From Trypanosoma brucei (Eukaryota): 64,000 nucleotides of DNA. The position numbers and the translations under genes were made by a program. Under the pieces are notes generated by a model. That model was not told where the DNA came from. It searched no databases and worked only from the letters and a program-made list of their open reading frames with translations. The stretch spans positions 2,208,001-2,272,000 of the forward strand of contig CM000208.1 of assembly GCA_000002445.1 (NCBI GenBank). The letters run 5' to 3'. Each line of letters starts with the position of its first letter. Position 1 is the first letter of the stretch. Of the stretch, positions 61,796 through 64,000 are shown one piece after another.

Positions 61796-63107
61796 CCAAA
61801 CAAACAAATAAATATATTTAAGAGAGAAAAGAGGTGCAGAGGTACTGTAACTTTCAGTTACACGTTCAATCGAGATTTACTTTGCCGTTGAGCCGGAAAA
61901 TATAAATAAATAAATAAAAAGCGAAAGTGAAAGTGAGAAGGTTGCACGTACGCCCATACCAAATAAATATTTTTAAGTAAATAGAGGAAGTAACAGGAAA
62001 AGGTGTTGTATTTTGTATTTATATCTCTTTTCCTCATACGTGGTGAAGAGCAGAGGGTCTCCAAGCGTGAAGCAGAGCTCTTCATCATTGTCTCAACTTC
62101 CATTCCTTCTATTGTGTTTTTTGTTTTTTTTTCCTCCTTTTTGTGTTTGTGTGTTTGTGCGTGTCTTTCCTATATAATTTGCATCGCTTGAAACTGCAGG
62201 CTTGTAAGTTTGTTTTTTGAAAGGATTGAACTGCGTATTTTTGTAAGTCTTTGATTGCGCAGTCACATTAATTTTTTTTTGTTTTGTTGTGTTTCGTCTT
62301 CCGCGTGGTTTGATAAAAGGATCAACTGAAAGAAAAGGGAACGAGGAACTAAACGAAACGAAAAGAGGCAAAAAAAGAAAAATAATAATAATAATACACA
62401 CACACACACAAGGGGGAAAAAACAAGGACTGGTTCTGTCGTCGTTTGGTTGGTGTTGGTTTCTTTTTTTTTTTATTCTGAATTTAGTTGTTACATTTTTA
62501 ATTATCTTCTGGTTGTGCTGCTTGGGAAGTTCACCTTCCCTCAGAGTTGAACAACTGAGTTGGCCATTATTTGTGTGTGTTCGTTTCTGAATTTTGTTTA
62601 GTTTTAGTGTAGATTTTCATTACTTCTGTTCATTCATTCATTCCTTTTTGGTCTTTTGTGTTCGACTGTTTTTGTTGTTGTTGTTGTTGTTTTCTTTTTG
62701 CACTCATAAAGTCGTACGAGTGGCAAATCCCAAGGGATTAAATTGAGCGAGTGTGGAAAGAGGAAAAACAAAAAGAGAGAGGAGAAATATATATATATAT
62801 ATATATATAATACGGAGTCACTGATTGGACTGTGGTTGATTTTTTTGTTTGGTCGATTTGTCGAGTAAACAGAAAACGAAGACGGAGAGAAGAGAAAAGA
62901 AAAGAGATTTTAACGCGTTTTGTTTGTTGTTTCTCCTCCGTATCGAAGTGATCACTACTTGTCGTTCCCCTTATACATTAGGAAAATAAATAAATAAATA
63001 AGAGCCACACTGCTCTCTAGGAGGGAGAAAGAGAGAGAGAGAGTAGGGTTCTTTTTATTTCTTTTGGTGCTTGTTCGATCGTCACGGGAAGTTGCAGCGA
63101 GCTCAGG

Positions 63108-64000
63108 ATGGAACACGAAATTCATAAGGGAATGGAGGCTATAGTTGAGCAATCTGGTGATAACCGGGCTTCTGGTGAAGTAAATGCTGAAAGTAATGTA
63201 CATAGCCCTGCTTCTGTAACCGCAAAAGATGGGTGTGAATTTGCCCGGCGCCGGATATCGACACGGGGAATACGAGGATCGGTGCGGAGTCCATATTATT
63301 CTCCCACTCGCTCATCCGCAATGTCTCCCGTTGGTAATGGAGAAAAAGGTGACCAAGAGAAGGAGGAGGGTGAGGGTGCTGCTGAGCCGGATGTGGTACC
63401 TGATATTGATGTCATTCCTCGATATCGCAGTCATCCAAACAGGTCTCAGGGAAGTTTTTCACATCTCACCTACAATGTACATTCACCAGCACACTCGCGT
63501 ATGAGCAGCTATGAGCGTATATCATGGGACTCCCAGGCGTGGAAAGATGTTTTTCCAGAAAATGCCTTCTTGGGTGATCAGTCAAAGGATCTCCTCCGTC
63601 TGCCACACTCTTCCATGGATTTTTATCACGGCTCTCCCACTCAGCAATGCCGCAAGCACGTCCGCTCCCTCGCGACGTGGGGCAAAGTTGAAGGAGATGG
63701 CTCTCCAGAGTTGTTGGCGACGCGTAATAGCTCCCCCATGCGGCCAGCTGGGTGTCAATCACTCGTTAGTACTCTGGATGCTCTACCGGAACCAATCTAC
63801 GAAACTGCTCCATTGGGTCATCAACATTGTTTCAGTCTCTCGAGTCGTAAAGACGCCGCATATCTGAAAACTGAGGCTGGAGGCGAAGCCACAGCTGTCA
63901 CCAACGAGGCGGGAGAGCAACCATCGAAGGGGCCTGCAATGACACATGTATTGGTGGCGTTTAAAAGCTTGTATGGAGTGTACTACGTTCCTGAAGCACA
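63108..64000 (+). CDS. hypothetical protein, N-terminal fragment (ORF open to the window end)
   Basis: The ATG at about 63108 (MEHEIHKGMEAIVEQSGDNRASGEV...) opens a reading frame with no stop through position 64000 (at least 297 codons). It lies on the same strand as all other genes and is preceded by a 2.6 kb T-rich spacer. It is absent from the supplied track, presumably because that lists only stop-terminated ORFs. Product is Ser/Pro-rich and unassigned. Confidence 0.4.
   Translation, partial: MEHEIHKGMEAIVEQSGDNRASGEVNAESNVHSPASVTAKDGCEFARRRISTRGIRGSVRSPYYSPTRSSAMSPVGNGEKGDQEKEEGEGAAEPDVVPDIDVIPRYRSHPNRSQGSFSHLTYNVHSPAHSRMSSYERISWDSQAWKDVFPENAFLGDQSKDLLRLPHSSMDFYHGSPTQQCRKHVRSLATWGKVEGDGSPELLATRNSSPMRPAGCQSLVSTLDALPEPIYETAPLGHQHCFSLSSRKDAAYLKTEAGGEATAVTNEAGEQPSKGPAMTHVLVAFKSLYGVYYVPEA

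Noticed and set aside
1-64000. Prokaryotic-style novel system (defence island, CRISPR array, toxin-antitoxin, integrative element)
   Set aside because: All signals indicate a eukaryotic kinetoplastid chromosome: large spacers, eukaryote-specific gene families, and no RBS/operon organisation. Repeats are simple microsatellites with no spacer-repeat periodicity, and no integrase, transposase or retroelement (ingi/SLACS-like) ORFs were seen.

Overview
The window reads as a nuclear chromosome segment from a kinetoplastid (Trypanosoma-like, most consistent with an African trypanosome), not a prokaryotic locus. About 27 long intron-less ORFs all sit on the + strand, which fits a single directional polycistronic transcription unit. 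They are separated by 0.3-2.8 kb AT/pyrimidine-rich spacers that carry polypyrimidine tracts followed by AG (trans-splice acceptor context) and many dinucleotide microsatellites: (TA)n, (CA)n, (GA)n. I found no rRNA, tRNA, CRISPR, transposon or retroelement. The ORF track evidently allows GTG/TTG starts, so where the first codon was not ATG I re-anchored to the first in-frame ATG. Coordinates I derived myself may be off by about 1 nt relative to the track.

Genes recognised with reasonable confidence: a BT1-family folate/biopterin transporter, a DCN1-like PONY-domain protein, a DEAH-box RNA helicase, a FAD-dependent oxidoreductase, a transcription-type cyclin with a C-terminal RS domain (cyclin-L-like), a small SWIM zinc-finger protein (SWS1/ZSWIM7-like), isoleucyl-tRNA synthetase, a beta-adaptin, a minimal cyclase-associated protein (CAP/Srv2), a p24/emp24 GOLD cargo receptor, a KTI12/PSTK-family P-loop kinase, and two tandem PAQR (Hly-III/adiponectin-receptor-like) paralogues. 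An N-terminally membrane-anchored NERD-domain protein is called with lower confidence (0.5). The rest are lineage-specific hypothetical proteins. A further ORF starts at 63108 and runs off the window end; it is not in the supplied track.

I see no evidence of a novel prokaryote-style system (defence island, operon, mobile element). The points most worth follow-up are: (i) the NERD-domain (PD-(D/E)xK-like) membrane or mitochondrial protein; (ii) IleRS with two in-frame ATGs separated by a presequence-like segment and an internal polypyrimidine/AG, consistent with dual targeting by alternative trans-splicing; (iii) the tandem diverged PAQR pair; (iv) the cyclin-L-like RS-domain protein; (v) the SWS1-like SWIM protein; (vi) two unusually long ORF-free low-complexity spacers.
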